Assembly (NCBI GenBank): GCA_950097015.1
Contig: CATNEN010000025.1
Coordinates: 9,641,800 to 9,705,799 of the forward strand
DNA from: Macrostomum hystrix
Taxonomy: Eukaryota; Animalia; Platyhelminthes
DNA length: 64,000 nt
Direction of reading: 5' to 3'
Each line of letters begins with the position of its first letter. Positions within the stretch are counted from its first letter, which is position 1. Under the pieces are notes generated by a model that was not told the origin of the DNA, ran no database searches, and saw only the letters and a list, made by a program, of their open reading frames with translations. Below, piece by piece: positions 24,912-39,233 of this stretch. A program made the position numbers and the translations under genes.

Positions 24912-27060
24912 TGCTGAAGTCCAAGCTGAAATGAAGAAGTATATGATATTAAAAATATTTAAACGAGATTTCCACTAAACTAGGCTTTTGTCCAGAACTG
25001 CAAGAATTAAAAGTGAGGCCATGCTTAAGGTAATCTCCCCTTGACCTCAGGGGAGAGAACAACACCATCACTGAATTAACTGTTTAAATATAAAATGAAA
25101 AATTAACACCCAAACCAGCATTATGCATGAAAGCATATTTACCAAGTTTTTAAGGCAGTCACCCATTTTTTAGAAACTAAGAAAGCTGCCCTTTTCCTTT
25201 TTCCAGTCAGCTGTACAATTCTGAACAAAAACCAAGTTCGTAGGTGCAGAAATGCCCAATTCCTTTAAATCTTACTGTATATAAAACACTTACTAGCACA
25301 GCCCTTCTTTCGAAGAAATTCATTGCCGCTAGTAGGTCCCATCTAAAATTAAGTTTTTAGCAATATGTAAATCAAATGTCTGTCACATGAACTATTTACC
25401 TACACTTCATTGGCAAACTATATATTTTTGGAGTCTATAGGCATGTCAAGTAATACCATATTATAGGGCCACAAAATGGTCAAGTTAGAAAATCCAAAAC
25501 TGTAACATGTCACCATTGCTATTAATAGGAAAAAGCATAAAAAATTCATGAAATACAATTTCGAATTCTTAACTTGAAAATTAGTTCTACTTTGAAACTT
25601 TTTCTTCAGGAATTATTTAGCATGGGCATGGTGAATTTTTTGGTCTTGGAACAGCTATTTAAGTATTCTATAGCTACCAGTGGGACTGATATATTCATTT
25701 CCTTGAAGGTACTCTTAACAGGCCCTAGTCAAAACACATGCTGCACACATTTCACAAGCTTTGAGTTTTTTCAACTTTTAAAGAGGTAATCACAGTTTAA
25801 TCATGGTTTTCTGTTTTTGCACTAAATATTGATACTAATACATTTTCCTCAAACATTTCCAGCCTGCCTTGCTTGCTGCCTGACTGTTCGCTTGTCAACA
25901 TTATGGACTCTAATGGACGACTAGGTCTATGCTGTCAAACTGCCATTGTCTGGTTCTAGGCAAGCCTCAAGTTACTGCAATACTTTTGCTCTCAGAGCTA
26001 GCTACTATCAGCCTGCAGCTCGACTCTTTGGACGAGCGTGAGTTAATATTGATTGCTTTTGTGAAAGTTACAGTTCAATGTGAATTCAAATGCAATGGCC
26101 CTCATTTTTTATAAACAGGTGTTTTGGCCCTATATGGTCCCATTCTATTAATGCTACATGCTAATACCAATAATTAAACGAGGACTCGATTCCATGTGAT
26201 TCTCAGATTCTCCTCTCTACATCAGCCTCGAGGAGACATGCCCGCTATGGTCAGGCATTTTCCTTATATTTAACACACTGACTTTGACAAATAGAGGCTG
26301 TTCCTGTTTCTAACTTTCAATTACATTCAAATTCTGCCGCTTTCCACAGTGCTTTTTTCATCTGCTCTCTCTCCCGATCTCTCCGTCATTCCCCTTTTCT
26401 CCTGCGCCAGATGCAGAGTAAGAACGGCTAACAGTTGATACTACTCCTCATCTAGTAGTCTGTGTCGCAACTTTTCTGTATTGGTTTGACTGAAATATTC
26501 ACTTCCTTGAAGGCACTCTTAACAGGTCATAGTCACAGGCCACAGGGCATGTTACATATTTCTCCGGGCTGCAGGTGTGGGTGCACTGATTAAGAGTTGG
26601 ACTATCTAAGATTTGACACCTTGATCTGAATGGCGTAGGCGAGGGGGTCATACTAGCTACTAGTAGCCGAACACTAGTAGTATGGGTTACCAGAAATCTG
26701 CCTAACACAGGGGAAATAGGAGAGCGTGCATTTGAATGGGAGAGGGTGGCCTATACTCTGCATATAGGATAGGTGACGCTGTGACGATCTATGTGGCTGA
26801 GGGGTTGGAGCCCCATTACAATTACTCAACAGAATTCTGAGCACCAAAAATTAGCGAAAATTATCAGCATGAGCTTGCCGTGACACCCGAGACAGTAATG
26901 ACCCCTGGAATGGATTTCTAGGCTATGTATGCCACTGTTTAGATCTGCATGAAAAGCTTGTTTAGCAGGCAGCATTAATGAGCTATTACTACTATAAATA
27001 TTGATAGTAATATTTATAATACCAGCAATTTCCAACTATGTAGATTATTATACAGCAGTA

Positions 27061-27227
27061 ACAAATATGGATTGATTTTGACATGCCACAAACTCTTACA
27101 ATACATTATTACAAATACGAAAATATTAAACTGACATGGGTCAAATAACAAATATGGATTGATTTTGACATGCCACAAACTCTTACAATACATTATTACA
27201 AATAGGAAAATATTAAACCGACATGGG
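27061..27227. repeat. Direct duplication, 87-bp period, 2 copies
   Basis: acaaatatggattgattttgacatgcc at 27061 and 27148. Confidence 0.9.
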
Positions 27228-28304
27228 CACCTAAACTTGGCTTACCTGTCAGTTCTTATTTGAGCTAATAAAAAAGGTTTCTATTTAACAATTCTAGCTA
27301 GTATAGGATATAGAATTAGATTTAAAGTTTTGACTCGACGAGCTCTTTACTATTCGAGTTTTGGTGGGAAGAGGAAAAACAGCTCGTTCCCCTTTGTCCC
27401 CCGCTCAAATAGGGATGTATGGCACCATCGTCTAGTTCGTTCCCAAGTTCGCGTAAACAACCCCTCCCAGCCAACCACGCTTCATCATGGGGTTCCCACG
27501 CTTCACGTTCCCACAGGGAGCTCATGAGCTGCACTCGTCTAGCCGGACTCATGGCACGGTGAGGTGACCTGGGCTAGCCGTCTAATTTTTACCGTGAGCT
27601 GAGGCCGGCTAGTCCACGGCCGTTAGGTGCTATAGGCGCATATTTTGGGTGGGACACACACAGAGACAAGGCAATTTAAACCGCATTTTGGGTTCTGAGC
27701 TTTTCCTGTACACTCGTCTGCACCATAAACTGGGCCAGAGAGATCTCCACACAGTGCAGACGGCGCCCCACCCCAAGAAAGGGAACTTCAGTTTTTGGGC
27801 CAGTGTACACTGTAGAGATTTCCAAGAAATCTAAGCCCTCCCTTCCACCCCAAAGTCCTATATATATGATGATGATAGCCGCCGCTACTGCCAGAAGCCA
27901 AGCCGGGGCAGTAAAGCGGGCATGTTTTAAAGAAAACTAAACGTCTTGATGATCTACTATAAGATGGTGAGTAATTGGTACATTTCTGACGTAATCGATA
28001 CAGCAATTTAACGCTGCAATCTAACACAGATTAGCGAAAACCAAGACATTGGTGTGAAGACAATGTTTCAAGCATGGTCAGGAGTTTATGGACTGAGAAG
28101 TTTTGCGAACGAAAATGAAAAAAAAGAATTGTTCAATTTTAATTTTCCGTTCACTTCGCATGAACTCCTGCCCCTGTTTGATATAGCTGCTTCACAATTC
28201 AACTGCGACCCCGACTCGATACTGAATCCCCCTGCTAGTATTAATATTGCATTTTTATCCCTAAAGTGCATCACGATTTACAATTATTCCCCGAGTCTGC
28301 ACCT

Positions 28305-29300
28305 TGTCTAACAGGTACACATTCTGTCTAACAGATATCCACTCTGTCTAACAGACGTAATTATATCTAACAGATGTAATTCTGTCTAACAGATATCCAT
28401 TCTGTCTAACAGATGTAATTATGTCTAACAGATGTAATTCTGTCTAACAGATGTAATTCTGTCTAACAGATACCCATTCTGTCTAACAGATATCCACTCT
28501 GTCTAACAGATATCCATTCTGTCTAACATATACCCATTCTGTCTAACATATACCCACTCTGTCTAACAGATATCCACTCTGTCTAACAAATGTAATTCTG
28601 TCTAACATATACCCATTCTGTCTAACATTATACCCATTCTGTCTAACATTATACCCATTCTGTCTAACATTATACCCATTCTGTCTAACATTATACCCAT
28701 TCTGTCTAACATTATACCCATTCTGTCTAACAGATATCCATTCTGTCTAACAGATATCCATTCTGTCTAACAAATGTAATTCTGTCTAACATATACCCAT
28801 TCTGTCTAACATATACCCACTCTGTCTAACAGATATCCACTCTGTCTAACAGATATCCACTCTGTCTAACAGATATCCACTCTGTCTAACAGATATCCAC
28901 TCTGTCTAACATTATACCCATTCTGTCTAACATTATACCCATTCTGTCTAACAGATATCCATTCTGTCTAACAGATATCCATTCTGTCTAACAGATGTAA
29001 TTATGTCTAACAGATATCCATTCTGTCTAACAGATGTAATTATGTCTAACAGATATCCATTCTGTCTAACAGATGTAATTCTGTCTAACAGATATCCACT
29101 CTGTCTAACAGATATCCATTCTGTCTAACATATACCCATTCTGTCTAACATATACCCACTCTGTCTAACAGATATCCACTCTGTCTAACAGATATCCACT
29201 CTGTCTAACAGATATCCACTCTGTCTAACAGATATCTAAACTGTCAAACAGATATCTAAACTGTCAAGCAGATATCTAAACTGTCTAACATCTATATTCT
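28305..29300. repeat. Minisatellite, ~19-20-bp unit (tctgtctaacagatatcca[ct])
   Basis: About 50 units with variants (gatgtaat, tataccca, ttataccca). Confidence 0.97.
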
Positions 29301-30633
29301 GTCGAACATACGCATTCTGTCCATTAGATAAAATTCAATGCAGTTTTTGCATTATTAGCTATTAAAGTCTTGTCTACTTGGATTTGAATTTCTGTTACCA
29401 AGGCAGCATGAAAGCCGTTAGACAAGCTCAAGTGGCCAAGATAAATATTTCTATTAGCTACTCTAATCTTCGTCTTGGAATGATAGAAACAAGTATTTCT
29501 ATTTGGCCTCTACAACTTGTGTTTAGTTAGGCTCCAAAATGAAATTCCTATTTCTGGGCGCCCAATTACTAATCTATTGGGCCCCGCTTGGGGTTGTTGG
29601 CCCGGATGTGAGCTGAATTTTCGACCAATCAGAGGCGGCGTGAGGTGGGGGAGTGTTGGGGCTGGGTTCACACCAACCTTCTACTGTACTTTGCAGCTAA
29701 AGGAGCTAAGTGTGAGAGAGTGAGAGAAACTCTATTTTTAGCTCTAGTATTTAATTACACCCAAGCACGCCCAAACTCGTCCGAAACTGAAAAAAGACTG
29801 CAACAACATTGCCTGATAGTGTGCGGGCCTTTTGATCGAGAGACAGAGAGAGAAATATATATAGAGAGCGGGAGAGCTGCAGATAGAAGATTTAGTGAAA
29901 ATAAAAAAACACGCTATTAGAATGCCAATATAGTGCACTAAGTTAAGTTACTTTGCGAATTATAAGGCATATGGTGCCAATAAAGTACTCGTAAGTATTT
30001 TTTAGAAAAAAATTAACAAGTCTACCCGTGCAAACCTAGCTCGACCATCTTCTCTTTGATTCGTAACGAAATGCAATCGCTGGTCAGGTATTAAGGGAAC
30101 GAAATACTAAATTTTATTTCTGAGCATGCGATTAATGCAAATGACGCCATATGTTCAACACGAATAACATTACAGTTACTGACTAACACGAGTAATCGCT
30201 TGATATTTTTTTCACCTAATTGTACACTTTTGAAAGCTGAAAATCAATTACTGTTGGAATCAAAAGTCAAATCAAAAGAATGAAACTCTCAGACAGAATT
30301 TTTATATGCAAATCATATTTTCCATTTGTTCTAAATATGCTCACCGCAATCAGTAAAAAGGGAATTTGACTTCAAACAAAAGTTAAGTTACCGTTAATTT
30401 TCGTCTAAAACACTGCATGCGCAGAAATGGCAAAGCCCCTGTTACATCCAAAAAGATGAATTTTCAGAACAGCTCTGTTTATATCGCATTTCGTCGAGTA
30501 ACTAGCTGTGCTGAGTTATGTGAAAAATACATGCGATCCTTAGATAGATGTATATATATCTGCGTTACTAGCAGTAGTAGCTATATAATGTAGTGTTATT
30601 GAGTTACTAATAAAAAAAAATATCTTTTTATAA

Positions 30634-30766
30634 TTGATTACACCTGCCCCAATCGGGTCAGATGAGCAGCCAGCAGCACAGCCGAAACTATTGCCCAGTG
30701 CATCTGAAGGCTACGTACGGCTGTTCAGTCCATGGACCGCGGGATGTCACACCCTAAATTACCAGC
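30634..30766 (-). mobile_element. SINE-like 3' fragment related to the SINE at 47780-48066
   Basis: Shares gattacac, cagcacagccg, catctgaaggc, ctgttcagtccatggacc and aattaccagct with 47790-47920. Confidence 0.6.
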
Positions 30767-31129
30767 TGGTGAATAAAATCCGCCGCCAGGCTTACGAGCC
30801 GTGCCGTAGAACACTCGCAGCACACGGTTGACTTACTCCGGCTCAGCCGTCAGCAGATCAATTTTTAAGGACGGATTCGATTCCACTAAGGCCAACAGCC
30901 TTTTGACGTACTGATCCGTCTGTCGTATGGTATTGTTACTCGCGACACTGTCTTCTAGGTCGTTGATAGTTTTTTCGAGGTCTTCAACGCTGGGAACGCA
31001 GTACTCGGACAGCACAAACTCGCCATCTCCATTTGACGGTTGCTCGACCAGACGCTCGTCCATTTGCTTTTCCACAAACCGCTCCTCAGTTTGCTGTTGA
31101 AGGAGAATGTCAATCTGTGATGATGACAT
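30766..31129 (-). pseudogene. Crypton/DUF3504-like tyrosine-recombinase N-terminal relic
   Basis: SVEDLEK..SNNTIRQTDQYVKRL..., then past a TAA in the same frame VNRVLRVFYGTARKPGGGFYSP, resembling the L..FY..ARK.DG..Y.P motif of CryptonA/ZMYM/KCTD1-type proteins. Confidence 0.6.
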
Positions 31130-31249
31130 TCCAGAAATGGCTTCTCCTGGCAGTTACTTGTAGTCTACATAGTAGACACGCTTAGCCGGTGGCTCCATGG
31201 TCAAGTTGTAGATCGCGTGATTTTGAGTCTCAATAGGGTTGAGAAGATC

Positions 31250-33120
31250 TTGAGTTTGGAAGCTCTGGATGCAGAGGCAAAGGCAGATGCGGAAGCGTGC
31301 ATAGATTTACTCGAGAGTCGAGACCAAGCTAGAAGCTATGGAAGAGGCTGACGCATAAGTCCAGGAAAAGCTGGCCGAAGAAAAGATGGAAGTGGAACAG
31401 GAAGAGAGTTATGAATATTTCGTTGTCGCAAGTACATTAAACTCTTAGAAAGCAGGTTAGCGTCAACTTGGAAATCGCCTTTGCCGGATGCCCCTTCGCA
31501 ACCTGAGTATTGCACGCAAGCTCAAGCTCAGGCCCTTCCTCAGGTCAAACTTCCCAGCGTCAGCTGCCCACATACAACGGCACAATCGCCGGTTGGCAGC
31601 CCTTTTGGGATCAATTCTCTTCTTCTGTCGATTCAAATTCGGCTCTCGCTGAGGTTGACAAGTTCAACTATCTGCTCGCATCTCTTTCCGAATCAGCAAA
31701 GACTTGCATTCGAGGCATCATTAGAGACATCATGAACCAACTTTCTGAACTTCGGCTGACAGACACTTCTCTGACCAGTCTTCAACGATTTCATGATGAT
31801 GTCTCGGCTGCGGTTCGCAGCCTTGAACCTCGAGGCATGAAAACCACCTCGTATGAAAGTCTATTGCTGCTGAAATTACTCAAGCGGTGTCCAGATGAGT
31901 TTAGACTGGAGTTTCTTAAGTCAGCAAACCAGGAAGGTGCTGCTTGTAATTCTGTGAAATAGTTCTTGCGTCTTCCGAGTGCAGACATTGAGGTTGGCAC
32001 GCTACCGCATTGGCAAAAAGGTCGTATACAAGATCGTGAACGGCTTGTCAGTCTGCCAAAGCCTTCGCTTTCGACCTTGGCAGTCCAATCTTGAAACGAT
32101 TTCTAGAAAGGGCCTGCGGGCAAGGTGTACTGCACCTACTGTGGATTAGGGCACAGGTCAGAAGCGTGCAACAAGGTTGCCACGGCTACTAGCCGCCGGA
32201 CCTTCCTGCAACAAGAGAATCGCTGTTTTCGTTGCTTGCGCACAGGCCATGGGCTTCGCATGTGCAATGACTCACGAAAGTGCAGAAACTGCGGAGGAGC
32301 TCATCACGTGAGCATTTGCATCCCTACCGCTCATAAACCTAAAACTAGCGATCGGCACATACATGTAGCTCAAAATGAAGGCGGGAAAAGGGGAAAAGAC
32401 CCATGTCACGTGACCAGTGTCTGCCGACCTCCGCAGAGCAGACAGATGCATCACTTCAAAAGACAGTCTACGTCTACGCTCAACGACTCAAATCCAGCGT
32501 CAGCTACTGGCTCCTCGGTCACGGCGTGTGCCACTCGAGATGAATGGAATGTGTCCGATTCATCGGCGAGCTTGTCCCACAGCTTTACAGCGACAATGTT
32601 TGTTAGTAGTAACCCATCTGTTGCCCTTCCTGTCGCCAAGGCTATTTCGCTCAGTACTGACGGTCAACGAGAACTTCTAGTCCGAGTCTTGTTGGACACG
32701 GCTAGCAATAGGTCATACATCAGGAAGGATGTGTGTGAACTCTGAAACATCGAGTCCGCCACAACTGAATCATTGACGGTGTCGACCTTTACAGGTATCA
32801 ATACCACAATTGCATCAGGTAGCGTCTCAGTCTCAATTCGAAAAATCGATTCACACTAAGTTCTGAAATTGCGTGCTAATTTTGTCAAAGAGATCTGCGA
32901 GCCTCAGCGCTCAGTCTTAGTGAACGAATTCCCTCACCTGAACGGCTTGGACTTAGCGGATCCGTACGACCCTCGTGATGCAAGCACCGATCTCAATCCT
33001 AATTGGCGCTGATCACTACTACGATATTGTCTGTGGTAAAGTCGTTCGTGGGTGTGAGGGACTGGCGGCTGTGTCGTCCAATCTGGGATTCGTTCTCTGT
33101 GGACCAGTGAAACTTAAAGA
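31250..33120 (+). mobile_element. Degenerate BEL/Pao LTR retrotransposon gag-protease region
   Basis: DUF1759-like LPQVKLP/TYNGTIAGWQPFWDQF..VDKFNYL; zinc knuckles CTYC..H..C and CFRC..GH..C..CRNC..HH..IC; protease VLLDTASNRSYI; ILIGADHYYDIV..NLGFVLCGP. Multiple stops and frameshifts; ends shortly before the 12-bp satellite. Confidence 0.88.
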
Positions 33121-33257
33121 GAAAATGTCTAGTCGCTCTAGTAGATTAAAAATTCATTCGCTTATCCACTCTCTTATCCGAGTTCAACTGGTATTCGTAT
33201 TAATTCATTTCGCCTTTGGTGTTGGTATATTTTTCACATAATCTCCATTACTACAAG

Positions 33258-36200
33258 TAATCTCTGCATTAATTGCATTCTCTGCATTGATCTCTGCATT
33301 AATTGCATTCTCTGCATTAATCTCTGCATTAATTGCATTCTCTGCATTCATCTCTGCATTAATATCTGCATTAATTGCATTCTTTGCATTAATCTCTGCA
33401 TTAATCTCTGCATTAATCTCTGCATTAATCTCTGCATTAATCTCTGCATTAATCTCTGCATTAATCTCTGCATTAATCTCTTCATTAATTGCATTCTTTG
33501 CATTAATCTCTGCATTAATTGCATTCTTTGCATTAATCTCTGCATTGATTGCATTCTTTGCATTAATCTCTGCATTAATTGCATTCTTTGCATTAATCTC
33601 TGCATTAATCTCTTCATTAATTGCATTCTTTGCATTAATCTCTGCATTAATCTCTGCATTAATTGCATTCTTTGCATTAATCTCTGCACTAATTGCATTC
33701 TTTGCATTAATCTCTGCACTAATTGCATTCTTTGCATTAATCTCTGCATTAATCTCTTCATTAATTGCATTCTTTGCATTAATCTCTGCATTAATCTTTT
33801 CATTAATTGCATTCTTTGCATTAATCTCTGCATTAATTGCATTCTTTGCATTAATCTCTGCATTAATCTCTTCATTAATTGCATTCTTTGCATTAATCTC
33901 TGCATTAATCTCTTCATTAATTGCATTCTTTGCATTAATCTCTGCATTAATCTTTTCATTAATTGCATTCTTTGCATTAATCTCTGCATTAATTGCATTC
34001 TTTGCATTAATCTCTGCATTAATCTCTGCATTAATTGCATTCTCTGCATTAATCTCTTCATTAATTGCATTCTCTGCATTAATCTCTGCATTAATTGCAT
34101 TCTCTGCATTAATCTCTGCATTAATCTCTGCATTAATTGCATTCTCTGCATTAATCTCTGCATTAATCTCTGCATTAATTGCATTCTCTGCATTAATCTC
34201 TGCATTAATCTCTGCATTAATTGCATTCTTTGCATTAATCTCTGCATTAATTGCATTCTTTGCATTAATCTCTGCATTAATTGCATTCTTTGCATTAATC
34301 TCTGCATTAATCTCTGCATTAATTGCATTCTTTGCATTAATCTCTGCATTAATTGCATTCTTTGCATTAATCTCTGCATTAATTGCATTCTTTGCATTAA
34401 TCTCTGCATTAATCTCTTCATTAATTGCATTCTTTGCATTAATCTCTGCATTAATCTCTGCATTAATCTCTGCATTAATCTCTGCATTAATCTCTGCATT
34501 AATCTCTGCATTAATCTCTGCATTAATCTCTGCATTAATTGCATTCTCTGCATTAATCTCTGCATTAATCTCTTCATTAATTGCATTCTCTGCATTAATC
34601 TCTGCATTAATCTCTGCATTAGTTGCATTCTCTGCATTAATCTCTGCATTAATCTCTTCATTAATTGCATTCTCTGCATTAATCTCTGCATTAATCTCTG
34701 CATTAATTGCATTCTTTGCATTAATCTCTGCATTAATTGCATTCTTTGCATTAATCTCTGCATTAATCTCTGCATTAATTGCATTCTTTGCATTAATCTC
34801 TGCATTAATTGCATTCTTTGCATTAATCTCTGCATTAATTGCATTCTTTGCATTAATCTCTGCATTAATCTCTTCATTAATTGCATTCTTTGCATTAATC
34901 TCTGCATTAATCTCTGCATTAATCTCTGCATTAATCTCTGCATTAATCTCTGCATTAATCTCTGCATTAATCTCTTCATTAATTGCATTCTTTGCATTAA
35001 TCTCTGCATTAATTGCATTCTTTGCATTAATCTCTGCATTGATTGCATTCTTTGCATTAATCTCTGCATTAATTGCATTCTTTGCATTAATCTCTGCATT
35101 AATCTCTTCATTAATTGCATTCTTTGCATTAATCTCTGCATTAATCTCTTCATTAATTGCATTCTTTGCATTAATCTCTGCACTAATTGCATTCTTTGCA
35201 TTAATCTCTGCACTAATTGCATTCTTTGCATTAATCTCTGCATTAATCTTTTCATTAATTGCATTCTTTGCATTAATCTCTGCATTAATTGCATTCTTTG
35301 CATTAATCTCTGCATTAATCTCTTCATTAATTGCATTCTTTGCATTAATCTCTGCATTAATTGCATTCTTTGCATTAATCTCTGCATTGATTGCATTCTT
35401 TGCATTAATCTCTGCATTAATTGCATTCTTTGCATTAATCTCTGCATTAATCTCTTCATTAATTGCATTCTTTGCATTAATCTCTGCATTAATCTCTGCA
35501 TTAATTGCATTCTTTGCATTAATCTCTGCATTAATTGCATTCTTTGCATTAATCTCTGCATTAATTGCATTCTTTGCATTAATCTCTGCATTAATCTCTT
35601 CATTAATTGCATTCTTTGCATTAATCTCTGCATTAATTGCATTCTTTGCATTAATCTCTGCATTAATCTCTTCATTAATTGCATTCTTTGCATTAATCTC
35701 TGCATTAATCTCTGCATTAATTGCATTCTTTGCATTAATCTCTGCATTAATCTCTGCATTAATTGCATTCTCTGCATTAATCTCTGCATTAATCTCTGCA
35801 TTAATCTCTTCATTAATTGCATTCTTTGCATTAATCTCTGCATTAATCTCTGCATTAATTGCATTCTCTGCATTAATCTCTGCATTAATCTCTGCATTAA
35901 TTGCATTCTTTGCATTAATCTCTGCATTAAACTCTTCATTAATTGCATTCTCTGCATTAATCTCTGCATTAATTGCATTCTTTGCATTAATCTCTGCATT
36001 AATCTCTTCATTAATTGCATTCTTTGCATTAATCTCTGCATTAATCTCTGCATTAATTGCATTCTCTGCATTAATCTCTGCATTAATCTCTGCATTAATT
36101 GCATTCTTTGCATTAATCTCTGCATTAAACTCTTCATTAATTGCATTCTCTGCATTAATCTCTGCATTAATCTCTGCATTAATTGCATTCTTTGCATTAA

Positions 36201-38583
36201 TCTCTGCGTTAATTGCATTCTTTGCATTAATCTCTGCATTAATCTCTGCATTAATCTCTGAATTGATTGCATTCTCTGCATTAATCTCTGCATTAATCTC
36301 TGCATTAATTGCATTCTTTGCATTAATCTCTGCATTAATTGCATTCTTTGCATTAATCTCTGCATTAATTGCATTCTTTGCATTAATCTCTGCATTAATT
36401 GCATTCTTTGCATTAATCTCTGCATTAATCTCTGCATTAATTGCATTCTTTGCATTAATCTCTGCATTAATCTCTGCATTAATTGCATTCTTTCCATTAA
36501 TCTCTGCATTAATTGCATTCTTTGCATTAATCTCTGCATTAATTGCATTCTTTGCATTAATCTCTGCATTAATCTCTGCATTAATCTCTGCATTAATTGC
36601 ATTCTTTGCATTAATCTCTGCATTAATCTCTTCATTAATCTCTGCATTAATGTCTGCATTAATCTCTGCATTAATCTCTGCATTAATCTCTGCATTAATC
36701 TCGGCATTAATCTCTGCATTAATCTCTGCATTAATTGCATTAATATCTGCATTAATCTCTTCATTAATTGCATTCTCTGCATTAATCTCTGCGTTAATTG
36801 CATTCTTTGCATTAATCTCTGCGTTAATCTCTGCATTAATCTCTGCATTAATTGCATTCTCTGCATTAATCTCTGCATAAATCTCTGCATTAATCTCTGC
36901 ATTAATCTCTGCATTAATCTCTGCATTAATTGCATTCTCTGCATTAATCTCTGCATTAATCTCTGCAGAGATCTCTGCATTCTCTGCATCTCTGCATCTC
37001 TGCAGATCTCTGCATCTCTGCATTAATCTCTGCATTAATCTCTGCATTAATTGCATTCTCTGCATTAATCTCTGCATTCATCTCTGCATTAATTGCATTC
37101 TCTGCATTAATCTCTGCATTAATCTCTGCATTAATCTCTGCATTAATCTCTGCATTAATCTCTGCATTAATCTCTGCATTAATTGCATTCTCTGCATTAA
37201 TCTCTGCATTAATCTCTGCATTAATCTCTGCATTAATATCTGCATTAATCTCTGCATTAATTGCATTCTCTGCATTAATCTCTGCATTAATCTCTGCATT
37301 AATCTCTGCATTAATCTCTGCATTAATCTCTGCATTAATCTCTGCATTAATTGCATTCTCTGCATTAATCTCTGCATTAATCTCTGCATTAATCTCTGCA
37401 TTAATCTCTGCATTAATCTCTGCATTAATCTCTGCATTAATCTCTGCATTAATCTCTGCATTAATTGCATTAATCTCTGCATTAATCTCTTCATTAATTG
37501 CATTCTCTGCATTAATCTCTGCCTTAATCTCTTCATTAATTGCATTCTCTGCATTAATCTCTGCATTAATCTCTGCATTAATCTCTGTATTAATTTCTGC
37601 ATTAATCTCTGCATTAATCTCTGCATTAATCTCTGCATTAATCTCTGCATTAATTGCATTCTCTGCATTAATCTCTGCATTAATCTCTGCATTAATCTCT
37701 TCATTAATTGCATTCTCGGCATTAATCTCTGCATTAATCTCTGCATTAATCTCTGCATTAATCTCTGCATTAATCTCTGCATTAATCTCTGCATTAATTG
37801 CATTCTCTGCATTAATCTCTGCATTAATCTCTGCATTAATCTCTGCATTAATCTCTGCATTAATCTCTGCATTAATCTCTGCATTAATCTCTGCATTAAT
37901 CTCTGCATTAATCTCTGCATTAATCTCTGCATTAATCTCTGCATTAATCTCTGCATTAATTGCATTCTCTGCATTAATCTCTGCATTAATCTCTGCATTA
38001 ATCTCTGCATTAATCTCTGCATTAATCTCTGCATTAATCTCTGCATTAATCTCTGCATTAATCTCTGCATTAATTGCATTCTCTGCATTAATCTCTGCAT
38101 TAATCTCTGCATTAATCTCTGCATTAATTGCATTCTCTGCATTAATCTCTGCATTAATCTCTGCATTAATCTCTGCATTAATCTCTGCATTAATCTCTGC
38201 ATTAATCTCTGCATTAATTGCATTCTCTGCATTAATCTCTGCATTAATCTCTGCATTAATCTCTGCATTAATCTCTGCATTAATCTCTGCATTAATTGCA
38301 TTCTCTGCATTAATCTCTGCATTAATCTCTGCATTAATCTCTGCATTAATCTCTACATTAATTGCATTCTCTGCATTAATCTCTGCATTAATCTCTGCAT
38401 TAATCTCTGCATTAATCTCTGCATTAATCTCTGCATTAATCTCTGCATTAATCTCTGCATTAATCTCTGCATTAATCTCTGCATTAATCTCTGCATTAAT
38501 CTCTGCATTAATCTCTGCATTAATCTCTGCATTAATCTCTGCATTAATCTCTGCATTAATCTCTGCATTAATCTCTGCATTAA
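33258..38583. repeat. 5.3-kb satellite of 12-bp units (atctctgcatta) mixed with 18-bp variants (attgcattct[ct]tgcatta)
   Basis: Direct reading; the long ORFs on both strands arise from stop-free repeat frames. Confidence 0.98.
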
Positions 38584-39233
38584 AAAAAACTACAATTTAT
38601 CTCTTGAAACTGTCATCCCTGTTTTTGAGCTACATCTCTTTTTTATAAATGCTTCTGAAGTTAAATTGCGTTTAGCGACTCGTAATTATCCCAATTAACT
38701 TTCCCAACCCCTGTCATGCCTTCTAAATGATTTCATAAAAAATGGCTTCCATTTTTGGGGGAGTGTCGTGAAATCGCGAGTTATTATTAACCAATCCTGC
38801 TCACTGTACACCCTTGTGGTAATCTCCTTTTCTAACCCCGGTTATTTGCCAGCTCAGCTCCACTCTTTGATCTCTATTATTGATTTTCCCCCGTGTCCCT
38901 TTACACTCTGACCCCTCCAGTCTAGCGTCTGCACCCATCATGTCTCTCCCTCTGCGCTCGTTATCGTGTGTACACCCTAGGGTTTTCATACCCTCACTAG
39001 CTTTTTTTGCCCGTTGTTTTTGGAGCAGAAATTTAAAGCAAAGCAGTAAGCAATTCACGTCTCTGTATTAACTTTATAGTGAAGGTCACCATTTATTCAT
39101 TTACTGCATTAATGAAAAGTGAAGAGTTTGTTTAAGGGCGTTTTAAGTAAAAAATAAGTGAAAAGTTTGTCCAAACAGCCCCCTCTTGATTACTTCTTTA
39201 GAAACATGTCTCTTAGCCACTCCTCTATACAGT

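Noticed and set aside
24930-26710. Candidate upstream exons of the 373-codon ORF and a short duplicated Cys-containing segment (~25700, ~26505)
   Set aside because: Splice phases could not be reconciled and the frames contain stops.
27860-28311. Possible spliced gene fragment (gtgagt..acacag) before the 19-bp array
   Set aside because: The upstream frame is closed; no family recognised.
33205-38580. 1200-1290-aa repeat ORFs as real genes
   Set aside because: Several frames on both strands are open simply because the 12/18-bp units lack stops; no unique domains or gene context.
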